A stretch of 54,249 nucleotides of DNA, the filler included, from Bipalium vagum (Eukaryota): assembly GCA_037834085.1 (NCBI GenBank). It is 3 parts of 3 records of this genome, joined end to end, with 100 filler letters (N's around TTAATTAATTAA, not from the genome) between each part and the next. Parts side by side here need not be neighbours in the genome. Positions count along the whole stretch, not along the records: positions 1 to 16,032 come from JBBMKC010131075.1; positions 16,133 to 34,229 come from JBBMKC010040746.1; positions 34,330 to 54,249 come from JBBMKC010264176.1. One strand, written 5' to 3'. Position 1 is the first letter of the stretch. Each line of letters begins with the position of its first letter. The notes below the pieces were generated by a model. The model made no database searches. It saw only the letters and a program-made list of their open reading frames with translations, and was not told the origin of the DNA. This document shows, piece after piece, positions 14,625 to 40,760 of the stretch. The position numbers and the translations under genes are program-made.

Positions 14625-15232
14625 CACGGGTAGACCCCGGTATGTCAACAAATTCGACCGCAAAAGTAAATATTCATGGTGCAAAAATCTCCTTTCTATT
14701 TGATGAAATATGAGAGGCCCAATGTATTATAATCTTTTCCAGATGGGAGAAAATATTAATTCAGAACGTTACAGTAAACAATTGTTGCACTTGGCAGAAA
14801 AAATAAAGAAAAAAAGACAATTTTTAGGCCAAGAATAGAATAAGAATATCTTACTACATGACAATGCTAGACCGTATGTGGCAAAAGCTGATACAGGAGT
14901 CAAGCGCATAATTAGGCTTATTCCTCGGACCTGGCTCCTTCAGATTATCATCTGTTTCGATCAATGCAGAACTATCCAGCAGGACATTGTTTCAAAAATG
15001 TTTCTGAGATTCGAGAATTTCTGGATAATTTCATTTCTTTGAAATCCAGATCATTCTATCGTTCGGGACTTCGTCAATTACCTGAAAGATGGAAAAAAGT
15101 GATGGACAATAACCGATCTAATTTTGCTGATTGCTTTTTGTACCTATATTATGTAAAAATAAATTTATTAGCTTTTTTATAAAAATATTTTTCAATTAAA
15201 AATAGGCGTATACATATGTGTACGACTATTAT
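14625..15232 (+). mobile_element. Decayed mariner 3' half
   Basis: ILLHDNARP, DLAPSDYHLFRSMQN, LPERWKKV. Confidence 0.9.
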
Positions 15233-16032
15233 ATTATAACAATAAATATTTTGAAATGTTTTTTATTGTCATTTTAAATCTTTTCGACTACCTTTAAGGG
15301 AGAAACATTTGACTAAAATAATTTATTTTTAAAAATAAAAATCTCTTTTCTTTAATACCTCATCAATTGGAGGCTGTTAAATTATTCTATATTTATTTGT
15401 TCTAAATATATGAATATTACAGCTGCAAATTAATAAATAAAATAAATAAAATTGTTTATTCGTTTAATATAACTTAATTGAAATAAGAAATCAACTGAAT
15501 TCATAACATGAGTTAAAATATAATTAACAAGAAATCAGCAAATTGTTTTCCAATTAAAATTCCATTATTGTTTTAATGGATCTCTCATATAAAAACAGAT
15601 GTGCTGTAGCGATTTTCATATAACAATGATTGAGAAATGCACATTTTTAGCAATTTTACTAATTGCTACCTTTTATGTGGATCACATCTCAACCTTAGGT
15701 CTAAATCATGAATTTTTTGAAGGACTGAAAACAGGTAGATCTCAATTCTTATAAATTTGTTTGATCAATTATCATATATATTTTTATAGGAACTGATGCG
15801 ATGGATGAAAGTTATTGTTTGAGATTGTGCCAAGTTTCCTGTGAAGACATTTTAAAATCTCCAATATGCCGATATTTTTTAAGATGATGTTTCTTGTGAA
15901 ATAAATTGAAATTCGTTCTTAAAATTATACTTCTTAATTTATTCTACTAAAACTACATTTCAATTCTTTTAATGTTTATTTTGTTGTTCGACTTTTTATT
16001 TTTTATAATTAATAAAGTCAGAAAAATTAATA

Positions 16033-16132
16033 NNNNNNNNNNNNNNNNNNNNNNNNNNNNNNNNNNNNNNNNNNNNTTAATTAATTAANNNNNNNNNNNN
16101 NNNNNNNNNNNNNNNNNNNNNNNNNNNNNNNN
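16033..16132. other. Artificial contig-joining linker N44-TTAATTAATTAA-N44
   Basis: Exactly 100 bp, with a palindromic core giving stop codons in all six frames; identical copy at 34230. Confidence 0.95.

Positions 16133-16203
<71 letters not shown>
16133..16203. repeat. (AAT)n microsatellite at contig edge
   Basis: Directly visible. Confidence 0.95.
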
Positions 16204-17880
16204 TGATACATTGTATTGATAATATTGATAGTATAATCCACGTGTACAATCCTAAGATATTCTCCGGTAATATTGACATTGAAAGAAAAACTTTTTCTCA
16301 TTATTTATTTATTTTTCTCGTAATTGATGGGCTGCAGAGAGATATTTTCCAAGTAAGGAATCACAATCAGCTGAAGATGATATTGGCTGCGTTTTCGATA
16401 AGATACAGCTGTCGAGAAACATGATATCTCCGCATGGAAGAAAATAATAATAATAAAAATAATAAAAATTGTGCACTGTCTAGCTTAGACTGACAGAAGG
16501 AAGACGTTATCAATTTTCCTTCATCTGTCAAATGGAACAGCGCTGGGAAAAATGACTTTGGCTATTTGCACGAAATTGTGCCCATCGTTATTTCTCTCCA
16601 GAACGGCACATAATTATAAATACATTTAACTGACAAAATATTTTCTTTAAAACTTTTTGCAAAGTCTCTTTTAAAACTTTTTCCATACTTTAATTAAATT
16701 TGTATCGATAATGTTTCATTCCCCCTTGTCAGTTATATGGTAAAGATTCCATGAAATCTACCGAAATAATAATTTTTGTTCCAAATTCTGTTATTATTAA
16801 TTATATGTGGAAATATTTATGTTTTCCAGTAAAGTGTTCCTCAAGTATTTTATAATAAGTTAAAATAGGAAATATTGGATTGTTATTCGATTTATTCTAT
16901 TTTAGAATTTTCACTTTTAATTTATTATTATTTAATATTATACAATATAATTATTTAATATTATGTAGGGAGTTTGAAAAGTTCACAAAATAAATTATAA
17001 AAAAGTTTGTATAACAAAGACATTATATTTATCGTACAACTGCCTTATTAATATTGATATTGATTTAAAATATTAAATCAATTGGTAAAATATTTGTTTT
17101 TCCACATAAATTTAAATGAACTAATTTGACTATTTTAGAAAATAAACAAATTTGAAATCCGACCACTGATCAAATATTTGGTAAAATAATTTTCATCTAC
17201 CCAAATCCGCCAAGACATTGTTCTATTTAAGTAATAAATCAAAAATATTAGACTTAAATTTAATTTTTTAATGTAGTACTAAGGAATAATTATGAAAATA
17301 ATAATTAAAAAACAAAATTTGATGACTGTGTGGTACTCAATTTTTCCTTGCTAAAAATAATAGATCACAAATCAAATTCAAAAATGTGCCAAACAATAAT
17401 AAAGTGACTGATTCGAACAAAATTTTAAATGTTTTGTGTCATTATATAATATAAAAAATGGCATTAAAACATTTATTTTTGCACTGTTTTGTAGACATTT
17501 TTTTCATAAAAAATTAAAATTAAGTTTTCCTTGGAATGTACTATATATTTATATCGATTTCCGATTTGGGTCTCTCATAATAATTTAGTGAACTCGTGGA
17601 ACAATAATTATTTTTAGAAAATAATTTTCTCCATACAAATGATCTTTTACCTGAACGGTTTTCCTTTGAATTCTTTTGGTATTTTGCATTTGTTCTTATC
17701 TTTCCTTCTCTGGTTTCACATAATCAATAACAGGACAATAGATACACTAACGAATTATGATTGTGAATTAATGATTTAGCGACGAGTTTTAAGGATTGTT
17801 CTCATTCTCTTAATGTTTTAAGGGAACCACGAGGTTCTCAGAATTTAACTCAACCTTTTTCTTCAAATGCTTTCCATTAA

Positions 17881-30123
<12,243 letters not shown>

Positions 30124-31534
30124 ACGGTTCAGTCCCACCACCATTGCTTAGGAAACTGTCAGCGAACTCTTTATTCAACCTTGACGTTTCTAGATATTTT
30201 TTAATGCTCACTGCCGAACTCCCACGGCCGGAGACGCGCAGCCCTCTTAGCTCATTCCAACATATCACTGCAATAAAATAATTGTCTTAATATTATTGTA
30301 TTCCAACATTAGCACTTCTATTATAATCGTTATTATTATTTATCATTATTATTATCATAATTATTATTTTTATTTTTATTATTTTTATAGATATTTTTAT
30401 TATTAATATTATTTATTTTTTATTAAATACTTATATATATTGTTTCCAAACCATATCAGATGCCTGAGCATCAGTTCTTAAAAATATCGTTCTTGTTCCA
30501 AAGTCTCTGACAATATCAACCTTTATAAATGTACTCACTCTTTCAATAGAAGATATACCTCCTTATCGATGTTGTTTGTAAAACTAATGTAATGAAATAA
30601 AGAAAGTATTGTTCTTATTCTGTCTGAGTCTTCGAACTGCACTTTGACCATGTGTTTGCACCTTTTTATTTGATGGAAGGTGGAGATTCTTTGACTACTG
30701 ATTTTGGCAAAGGAAGACCTTTGAAAGGTTTTCAATTCATTCTGAAATGAGTGTAGTAAAACAAAAAAGGGAAAACTGTTTAAGGGTACTTGTCTTTTAA
30801 GATTGGGCCAACCTTTAATTGAAAATGTAACCCAATATCATTTTCCTCGATTTTTATCCAATAAGAACGTCAAATAATATTAATTTTTCATACGACCTGT
30901 TCAGGACCCGTTTTTGTTAAACCTTTTCCCAAAATGGTTTAGGGGTTGTTAAAAATGATGCATTTGAAATCGTTCAATTGCTGAGGAAGTAAGAGGTCGA
31001 CAGATATCAAACTTCATTTAGGATAATTAGATAAAATTGCACGATCCTCTAATCACAGATGAAAATTCAAGGCGACTTTCGAAGGAAATAATGTTGCGTC
31101 TGATGACGATAATTATTTCGCCTCGTTTTCCTTTCAACTTCAACTTCTCTGTAGCCAGCTTTTCGGACCCCCTCCGGCTTCGTCCTAAGGAAATTTTCCG
31201 TCATCAAAAGAGATTTCCAATGATGATGATGAAGACGAGCTCCCCACTCTTTCCAACAACTGTCGATAATGGCCACAATTATTTCTTGACTAATTAAAAA
31301 TATGCCGCACCTTAACAAATGTTCGTTTGAATCTGTAACTGATGAAGTTTAAAACAAAATTCATGTTATAAAAAATAATAAATGTGTTAGTCCCCAACAT
31401 ATTACCCGTCCTTATTAACGGCTCGGTTGCCAATTAAAGTCGCTTTTGACTTGAAAATGGAATATTCCAACGGACATAAAAGGACCACCATAATAAATGA
31501 TAATTAACTTTTGTCATAAAATTCAAGGCAATTA

Positions 31535-32095
31535 GTTTTAATTTTATTTATTATTTATTCAATATTTATTATTTATTGTTTATTTATTGTTCATTTAATA
31601 TTTATTATTTATTTATTATTTACTATTTATTTAATATTTATTATTTATTTATTATTTACTATTTATTTAATATTTATTATTTATTTAAGATTTAATATTT
31701 AATATTTTCTAAATTTGAATTATGTTTAATATTTATTATTTATGTAATATTTATTATTTATTTAATGTTTATTATTTATTTAATATTTATTTATTATTTA
31801 TTTTTTATTTATTATTTATTTAATATTTACTATTGATTTAATATTTAATATTTATTATTTATTTAATATTTTTTAAATTTTAATTATTTTAATATTTATT
31901 AATTATTTATTTGTTAATATTTAATATTTATTATTGATTTAATATTGATTGCTTATTTTTAATATTTAATAATTTTTATATTTTATTTTTAATATATCCT
32001 TTTTATTTTTCATCTGATAAATTTAATATTTATGATTTTTTATTATTTATTATTTTTATAATATATTTATTATAAATAATAATATTCTTGATATT
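31535..32095. repeat. AT-only low-complexity tract (TTATT/AATATT variants)
   Basis: Directly visible. Confidence 0.85.
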
Positions 32096-33337
32096 ATTTT
32101 TTCTTTTCTTATTAACTTTTTCCAATCAGTCCTAAACTGGTTCAACTGTTAAAATATTTTTATTTATTTATTAATTGAATAATTATGATTAAAACAAAAA
32201 ATATGTTGCCGACCCTTCTGAATATTTTAGAGTCTGAAAGATCCCTCCGTGTATTGATAATATTTTAATTAGTTCATTTTAGAAAACCCCCAAAAGGTGC
32301 AGCCTATCATGCTTTCCTGTTTTTATGATCCGAAAGCCTTCCACCCCTCGATGTTTAAGGGTAGAATCTTTCCCCTTTTTTCCTTTTACCTATTCTTTCA
32401 TTATTGACATTGATTTTTTGCTCTTCTGTCGTTATCGGAATACAACTTGACTCTTTTTCCCATAACATTTCCGAACGAAAATTAAAACGAAAAATCCTCA
32501 GGTACTAAAACCCGTGTTGCCAGTTGGTGGAGGTTGATAAATATCACGGAGCGCTGTGTGATGAACAGTGTAGAAATGTCGCCTCCCCCCATTTGTGCAT
32601 ATGTTTTCATAGTGAAATTCGTATGACCAGAGATTTCCTGCGAAATGCCAAACTTGTTAGGTCCCTTATTTTCGACTGGTTCTGACACCACGGGCAGCTG
32701 CAGAAAATATATTGGCAGAAAGGGAGAAAATCGAAAAAGGGAATAAATTGATTTCTTCCTCTCCTCACATGCCGATGGCCGCTCGTGCAGCCTGAAATCG
32801 GAGAGTTGCCTTCCCAAGAAATTTTCTGTTTTCATCTGAAAATGGACGTGGTAAATATTTCACCTCCAGTGGAACTCTGTCTATTCTGATCGATCTCTAG
32901 AAATCCAGTCAAAGTAATCCTAAACTAACCGTACCCCTTCAACAGGCATCTCTCTCCTCTCCAACTTAATTGATTCAAGTATCTTTGCATGATAACCCAC
33001 CTAACCTGTTATGGGTTTTCATTGCCTAGGTACATTTTAATTTAAATTCTCTGTGACGTCTCTTTGGGGTCACATTTAACCATTTTTGCCTCCCGAACTT
33101 CTTCTAGGTCATCTATAGTCTTGGTATAACCTTACCACACGATAAAATGCCATGAAAAGGTGTTAATTCTATCTCGATATCGATTTTATTAATGGTGCCT
33201 GGTTTTCCGCAGCTTTCTCTCAACCCGTCCACCCACTCAACACCACCCGCCCACCTCTCACCTGAGCTTGACATGCCCACCTTGCATGTCTGAAATGGTC
33301 CGTGGACCCACCTAACGTTTTTTTTATGATTTTTCAG

Positions 33338-33375
33338 TGCCAAGGTTCAACAGCGACTCGGAGAAAGATCGTTAG
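33338..33375 (+). CDS. SERCA: Candidate SERCA short ('a'-type) terminal exon giving ...KFTD-VPRFNSDSEKDR*
   Basis: Branch-point-like CCTAAC, T-tract and TTTTCAG acceptor. Phase fits the GATG|gtaatc donor at 30028/30029. Not proven without transcripts. Confidence 0.55.
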
Positions 33376-34072
33376 GAACATTTCAGTGTGACATTCTAGT
33401 TGTGGTCTGCGTGTGACTTAGTGCGCCATCAAACCTTCTCAGTGTAGATATTATCCCTTATTTTGTTTTGCTGCAACCGTCGGAAACTGTTGTTGTTGCT
33501 GTCGTCGTCGTCGTCGTCGTCCGACAGAGAAGAACTTGTGTTGAATTAGTCTAGAAATGTTTATGATAAATTAGGTTTTCGGCAAATTTTCGATTTATAA
33601 AAGAGTGTTTTTCGATTTTAGCTTAGCAATTTTCATAATTTATTTAAATTTCCAAAATCTATCGCTAGTTCTTTTGAGTAGAAGAGATATTTCCGATCGT
33701 AGAGATATTTAATTTATTACTATCACAATTATTTATTGTTCTCTCGTTTCTGCTGTAGCCCATTTTGTTCCTCAAACGAATGACGATGGTCGTAATTTCA
33801 TTAGTAAATACATCTATTTGTTTTCGTAACACTTCGCTTCCTGCCCCAATGATCATTAGTACTATTATTATTGTTCTATTGATTAATTCAGATAGTAATA
33901 ATGATAATAAATATAATAATAATAATAAATAAATAAAATAATGACAATAGAATTAATAGAATAATAGTGATAATAATTAAATAAATAAATAAAATAATAA
34001 TAATAAAAAAATTTTTAAATTAAAAAGTTTAATTAATTAAATGAAATAAAACAAAATAATAATAAAAAATAA

Positions 34073-34112
<40 letters not shown>

Positions 34113-34229
34113 GTAATAAAAAAATAGTGATAATAATTAAATTAAATAATAATAAATTTTTTTATAAAATTAAAATGTTTAATTAATTAAATAAAATAAA
34201 ATAATAGTAATAATAAGCCGTAAAAAAAA

Positions 34230-34329
34230 NNNNNNNNNNNNNNNNNNNNNNNNNNNNNNNNNNNNNNNNNNNNTTAATTAATTAANNNNNNNNNNNNNNN
34301 NNNNNNNNNNNNNNNNNNNNNNNNNNNNN
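34230..34329. other. Artificial contig-joining linker N44-TTAATTAATTAA-N44
   Basis: Same structure as 16033-16132. Confidence 0.95.
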
Positions 34330-34949
34330 TATTTTATTTATTTATATTATTTAAAAACGACTTTACAATTTAAATATTATTAATTTTTATAAAATATAAT
34401 ATAAAAAATTAAATGACACAAAATGATCAAAAATATAAAAGACAGTAAGCCTAACAAGGCTTTTTCATGCAAAATTTAAAAATCAAATTAAAATCAAAAT
34501 GTAATAAAAATGTTTCACAATTTTCGATAATGAGCTTTGGAGAATCAGCCTCCATAAGCTATTGCTCTTTTGGCTCCTTTGTGGGTTTAGAATTGTTGCT
34601 GATTGGTGCTGGGACCTCTTTTTCTATGTATCCCAACAAAAGAAATTAATTTTTTTAATTAGGCAAAATTAATTAATTAAACAAAGTGCGCTATGAACAG
34701 TAATGAAATGGTTTTAAGTCACCATAGTTGGATTGGGTTTCAGAATTGGGTATTCTATAAAGCAACTTCAACTGTATAATTTCAAGTAATAATTAACAGA
34801 GGTCAAAATATAATCCTTTTCAATGTTTTATTATTTAATTTTTTTTACAAAGTTTTTGTAATAAATTTTTCTTTCTGATGACTGTATATTTTATATTCTA
34901 AACTTTTTAAACAATTGAATCTTTCAATTGTTCGAGAAAGAAAAAGATG

Positions 34950-35965
34950 TTGTTGATGACTGGGAAGAATTAATAATGAATAGAAGAGGCAGTGAGGACA
35001 TTGAAGGTTTTTTTTAGGACGGTAAGGTCATTGGTAGAAAAAGCACTGGCAAATGATCTGACCGTTGAAAAGCTTGAGGCACTGTTCTTGGTACAATGAT
35101 TTGGAGATGAGGATGTCGCATGAGAAGTCAGATTGCGAAGGCTGAGGAAAGGAAGCGAAATTAAGGATTTGATGAGATTGATGACTGACATAAAAAAAGA
35201 AAAGAAAAAGTCGGTGAGTGCAATAAGGAGTTACAGAGATGCTGTTACAAGGAAGATAACACAAAATGATGACACCAGAAAACCCTCATTTAAAGGAAGA
35301 CAAATAGCAAGAGAAAATATTAAATGTTATGGATGTAATAGGAGAATCATTTAGCTCGTGACTGTACGGCAAGAAGACAAATAGAATTCTGGACCTGTTC
35401 GAGTCAGGGTCACATTACCAGGGATTGCCCAAAAAAGAAAGCTCAAGTATGCTTCGGATGACAGAGAGGGCCATATTAGTAGAACTTGTTCAACTATAAA
35501 GTGTAGACGGTGCAACAGAAATTGGCATATTGAAAGGGAATGTTATACGAACCCTCACGATGGTAAGAGTTTTCAAGCACAGAGGATCAGAGATCCAGAA
35601 AAAGTTTATAAAAGGAATAATTTAAATGCATTAGAAGAGGAAATAGACAGCGATAGACTGGTTGGATACGAAGAAGAGCAAAGGCAGTACCAAAAAGACA
35701 GTGATCTGCTAGTTGGGAATTTAATGGGAGCCTTATATTAAACATCGTCAGCGATGATTCCCAAAGGGGCACCCGGTGCAAAGAAAAAGAGTGGGCAAAA
35801 GTGTTGAAATTCATGAAGAAAGACTTTAGTGATGTGGAGAATGATGAGGATGTGGGAGCTGTGATTGAAGGAGGAGATTTCTTTATAACAGACAGTGTGA
35901 TGAACCGAAGAAAAAGTATAACGGTAGAAATTCAAGGACAAATATTCGAATGCTTATTAGATTAG
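34950..35965 (+). mobile_element. Decayed Ty3/gypsy gag-protease fragment
   Basis: Four CX2CX4HX4C-like knuckles (35325-35546), followed by TVEIQGQIFECLLD resembling an aspartic protease start; many stops. Confidence 0.75.
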
Positions 35966-38900
35966 AAACGTTGAGAAGTTAAAAAATTCTTGAGAGGGGA
36001 GATATAAGGAGTGATTCAAACAATTATTTTTCTTGAATTTTTTTAAATAAGGACCACGCCTAAATTAACAATTACATGTATTAACTTTTTTTAATTTAAA
36101 GTTTTTAAAAGTTATAATGTTACGGTTTTTTCAAATATTTTAAATAAATGTTATTAAATTTTAAAAAAGATGGTACATGTTTGAAAAATTTGGAGTAATC
36201 GGATTTAATGAAATATATTATTATTTCTTTGACTTTGAATTATTATTTAAATGACTGCAGAAGAATATAACTATCATAATTTTGGAAAATCTTCATTTTA
36301 TTTCTTTAAACTTTGGCTTTCATTTTTTTCTATATCTGGTGCTATATATATTTTTTAATTAGCAGAACTTGCAATTACTGCTGCAAAAGTTTCTATAGGT
36401 CCCATTCCTGCAAAAATTACACTTACAACTGGAATTAAAGGTAAAACTCCATCTTTTTACATTTTTTCACCATTAAAATTATTATTATTTTTCTCGGTAA
36501 TTTTTCTTTTGTAATTTCGATAAATTTTATATAAAATAATTTTATATATTAAGAATAAATAAAATATAAAAATATTAAAGAAAATTATTAACTAAAAATA
36601 GAAACTATAAAAAACTATTAAATGTATAAATATTAAATGAGTCCAGCACGTAGTGCTACAATTATGGCAGCCCTGCTTTCATTTTCGGAATTCATTTCTA
36701 AAATTTGATTTATACTTTACAAGTTAATGATTAAATGATTAATTTAAACAATGTAGAAAATTACTTTTCTAATTTAAAATGTAAGATTTGTAACAATTAT
36801 TATCTTCCCGATTTAAGTGGCGCACTTTGTATATATTTAATTATAATATAAAATATTTTTAATCTTTTCAAATTGAATACACTTTTTGTTAGATATTGTA
36901 TGTAGCTTAATATTTCTTCAACAAAATTTTAATAAATATTTTATCTTCTTTTTAAATTCGAATATATGTAAATATGTATCGATGTAAATTTCGATATATT
37001 CGAAACTATATTTATAAATTTTAGTTTAATTGTATCAAAAGAGCATCATAAAATTTATAAACTCATAAATTTTTAACTTAAAAGACTTTCTAGAAAAAAG
37101 TTATTAAAACTCAGTTTGTACAAAATCTTGAAAATTTGAATTTTAAATAAACGTAAAACATTGATCTGATCAAAAAAAGAAATTAGTATAATTAAAAAGA
37201 GCTTAGAACAATAGACGTGGTTTCTCTTTACATGCTAAACCTAAAATCATATGTTTTCCTTTAAAATTAAGAAAATCCAATTTATACCTTTTATGTTATA
37301 AAATTCGAAAGCAAAAAATATTTTTACTATTTTTCTCAATTTAAATCCGATCAAAATAATTTTTTGTAATTGTTTAAATATGAAAATAAGGATTAACTTT
37401 ATGTTTTTTAATTTATTTAACCCTAAATATAGGTATCACTTATTATATATAAAGTTCATTTCAAACATTATTTAATATTAATAAAAGAAAATCATTTATT
37501 TTTAAATTTGTTTGTCCCTTATTTGTATTTTGTAAAATACCAAATTTAATTCTACAATTATTTGTGAAGTCTGTAGGATTTCCTTTTTAAATGTATATTC
37601 ACTACATTGTCACGAATTTCCTATAAATCAATTTTAAGTAAGATTACCTTCTTTATTTTTGATCTCATAAACCGACAAGGTTTATTTGAGATCTTTATTT
37701 ACATTAGTTAAAATATTGTATGTTTGTTCTATAAAAGCCCAGAGTCTAGGTAATAAAGAATAAAACCATTGATACTTTCTAAACCTGTATTTTTAATATG
37801 AGAATCTTTTTAATTAACATAATTAAGTAATCTAAGGATTCTGTCATTTCCCACTTGATGATAATCTACAATTCTGACTTAATCCAAACTCAGAATCTTA
37901 ACACTTATATGTACATTTCCAGCTTTCCATAGGACTTAACTACTACCTCTAAAACTAAAAATATTCATAATTTGGAAGCAACCTGTTTTTTATCTTAGTC
38001 GATTCATTTAATTCCATTCTATATAAATTTATCTTAATAAACCGCATTTCAAATAATATTATTTTATTTTTTTTACTTTTTATTTTATCTTTAATAAACA
38101 AATTATTATTTTTTATTAAAATCAAATTTTATTTCTCAAAAATCAATATATAAATCGGTTTATTTGGTACATTATATAATTGTAAAGTTTGTGTTACCTT
38201 CTTTAAAGATTTCTTTCTTCACAATATCTTGTTAAAAAGTTTAAATTAATAGATTTTACATCTTTTGTTCTACTTATTAAGTTATATTCACTAATAAAAT
38301 TTAAAGTTAATAAACAATCAAACGTTTTTATAGTTAAGTAATGATATTTATTTTATCAAAATATAATTTTGTCATTTTTACTAAAATGAAATGCATTTTA
38401 TTTGATTTAAATGTCGTCAAATCGGTATTTATTTTAAATAATCAACTAAAACAAACTCATTACCTACGGCATTTCAATGAAATTTCAACTGGTAATGATA
38501 ATCATAAAGATTATTATTTTATTATATTTCAATTGAACTATACATTTAATCACACATATATACTGAACAAATTAAATTCAGTCATTTTCTCAACTTTGAG
38601 AAGTGAAAATTAATCAATGTTTGTATTTATTGACCAATCATTTTGGAGCCAAAAACTTTTAAAAAATATCGATTATAAACTGGAGAGTAAATTTCCCTCT
38701 GAATGAAATTATTATTTTCCTGTGTCCAGCTGTTGTGCAGGACCATCTGTCATTTCCTAAATTTATAATCAATTTTCACTTTATAAAATTAAATAAAAAC
38801 CGGATTCAATCAATTCAGGCTGTTCATTGTTAGATACCTTATAATTCAATAAAGAATTTCGGATTAAAATATGATTTAAAACAGCAATTTGAGGTTTCTG

Positions 38901-40151
38901 GATACTTGTATGAAATTTTTGATAAAAGGATGGTGATTTAAAGGCTCAAATTATTGAAAATATACAGAGAAATAATTCAAATGAAAAGACAAAATAATCA
39001 GATTAGTCTTTAAACAAGCCCTTTAAATCCGTTAGTCAAAACCTTCTGATGAGAAAGAATGAAAGAAAGAGAGAACAATCAATAGTTTTAATTTTATGCA
39101 TGTGTAGCCTGATGAAAGAAGTTATCTCAAACACTCAAATTTCACAACAAAGATCAATTCTGAAGGGGAACTCCACGGTCTCTATCTTTTCATCCAACCA
39201 CCAACAAGCTTGGAGTCACTAGCTCAACATCACCATTGGGTTGTGTCTCTATAAAAGATAATAAATAGAAAATAATAATTTATGATAAACTCATAAATTA
39301 ATCTTCTAATTTCAATGCAATTGTAGTATATTGATTGGTTTCTTCTAGTTTTTTTATTATAATTTTTTGCATTCCTCTTTTTGTGTTTATTCTTCACACT
39401 CACGATCCAATGGACTAGTCACTGGAATCAGTACTTTACTTTAGAATTTATGTAGTTTTCTCATAGTATATAAGAATAGTCTAATTAAATTTAGTCTGAT
39501 CAAAAAATCAAGTTGATATTAAAATACTTAGTATATATTATTTCTTATTCTAATTGTAATAAAAAAACATTTTTTAAATGAAGTATGCTTTATTCGTTTG
39601 GTAGACTGGTCAGTAAACTTCTTTAATTTGAAGTATACAAATAAATAAAATACTATTTTTCCTAATTAAGAATTGATAGATCATTTAATAAAGAGAAAAA
39701 CAAATAATCAACGATAAAATTATTAATTTTCAGTTAGATTGGAAAAGAATATTCAAAAAGTAATTGAAGGTTAATTAAAGAGATAAAAGCTATGATTCAT
39801 AAAGAATAGAAAAAGTAGTATATATATAATTTGAGTTATAATTTAAGTAACAATTAATTAAAATACTAAAAGTATTAATTGGGATAATAAATGTTTAGAA
39901 ATGTTTGTTTTCTCATTCTCAATACAAAAAAATAAATTTAAACATTTAAGTTTATTTTAAGAAACATTGTCGCTTAAAATTGATAATTGTTTTTAGAATT
40001 TTTTTTTCATTTCAGATTAATTTGCAAATTAATATTATTACTTTAATTAAAAAGAACAATTTCTATATATATATATATATATATTAAAAATATAGCAAAT
40101 AACAAACTTTGTTTAAATAGTTATTTTACAGGGAAATTAAAATTTTGAAAG

Positions 40152-40760
40152 ATGGTAAGTTATCAGTAAAAATATGTAAATTATTAAGTATTTTCGTAGG
40201 GAATTGATATTACTCATAAAGATAGAATTGTAAAGCGAAAGACTCCAAAGACTAATGACAGCTACACACGTTTAAATTTTAAATTATTTTCGTTTTTGCA
40301 TCGCAGAACTGATTCCAAATTTAATGGAATTATTGCACGAAGATTGGCCATGTCTAGGAGACTGAGACAGCCATTGTCAATTGCTCGTCTTATGAAACAC
40401 ATGAAGAAACCTGGACGCGAGGGAAAAATCGCTGTAATTGTTGGTACCGTCACCGATGATACCAGAATTACCGAAGTTCCAAAAATGACCGTCTGTGCTG
40501 AGCGTGTTACTGCTGGAGCGAGACATAGAATTTTGAAAGCTGGTGGCGAAATCATTACTCTCGACGAATTGGCTTTGAGAACTCCATTGGGAAAAGGAAC
40601 TGTTTTGTTACAAGGACCAAGATCACAAAGAACGTCTGAGAAGTACTTTGGACCTGCTCCAGGGGTTCCTCACAGCCACACAAGACCTCATGTAAGATCT
40701 AAGGGAAGAAAATTCGAACGTGCACGTGGTAGACGAAGCAGTAGAGGATATAAGAAATAA
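40152..40760 (+). CDS. RPL18: 60S ribosomal protein L18 (eL18), 187 aa; exons 40152-40154 (ATG only) and 40200-40760
   Basis: ATG|gtaagt...cgtag| 45-nt intron. Protein [19 protein letters not shown]...VIVGTVTDD...[36 protein letters not shown] matches eL18. Confidence 0.97.

Noticed and set aside
16077-16088. TTAATTAATTAA palindrome as a biological element
   Set aside because: Centred between exact N44 blocks twice, so it is an assembly linker.
16077-16301. Poly-L/poly-Y ORFs, and the poly-L ORF at 18994-19203
   Set aside because: Translations of (AAT)n/(TTA)n microsatellites and N runs.
16203-16500. Possible SERCA first exons (LKMILAAF; ATGGAAG)
   Set aside because: No match to the conserved GxNEL or EQFxDLLV motifs, and early stops.
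32482-32835. Minus-strand 117-aa ORF or possible spliced exons (...AARAAIGICPWC...)
   Set aside because: No recognisable domain, no supportable start, and it lies antisense within the probable last SERCA intron.
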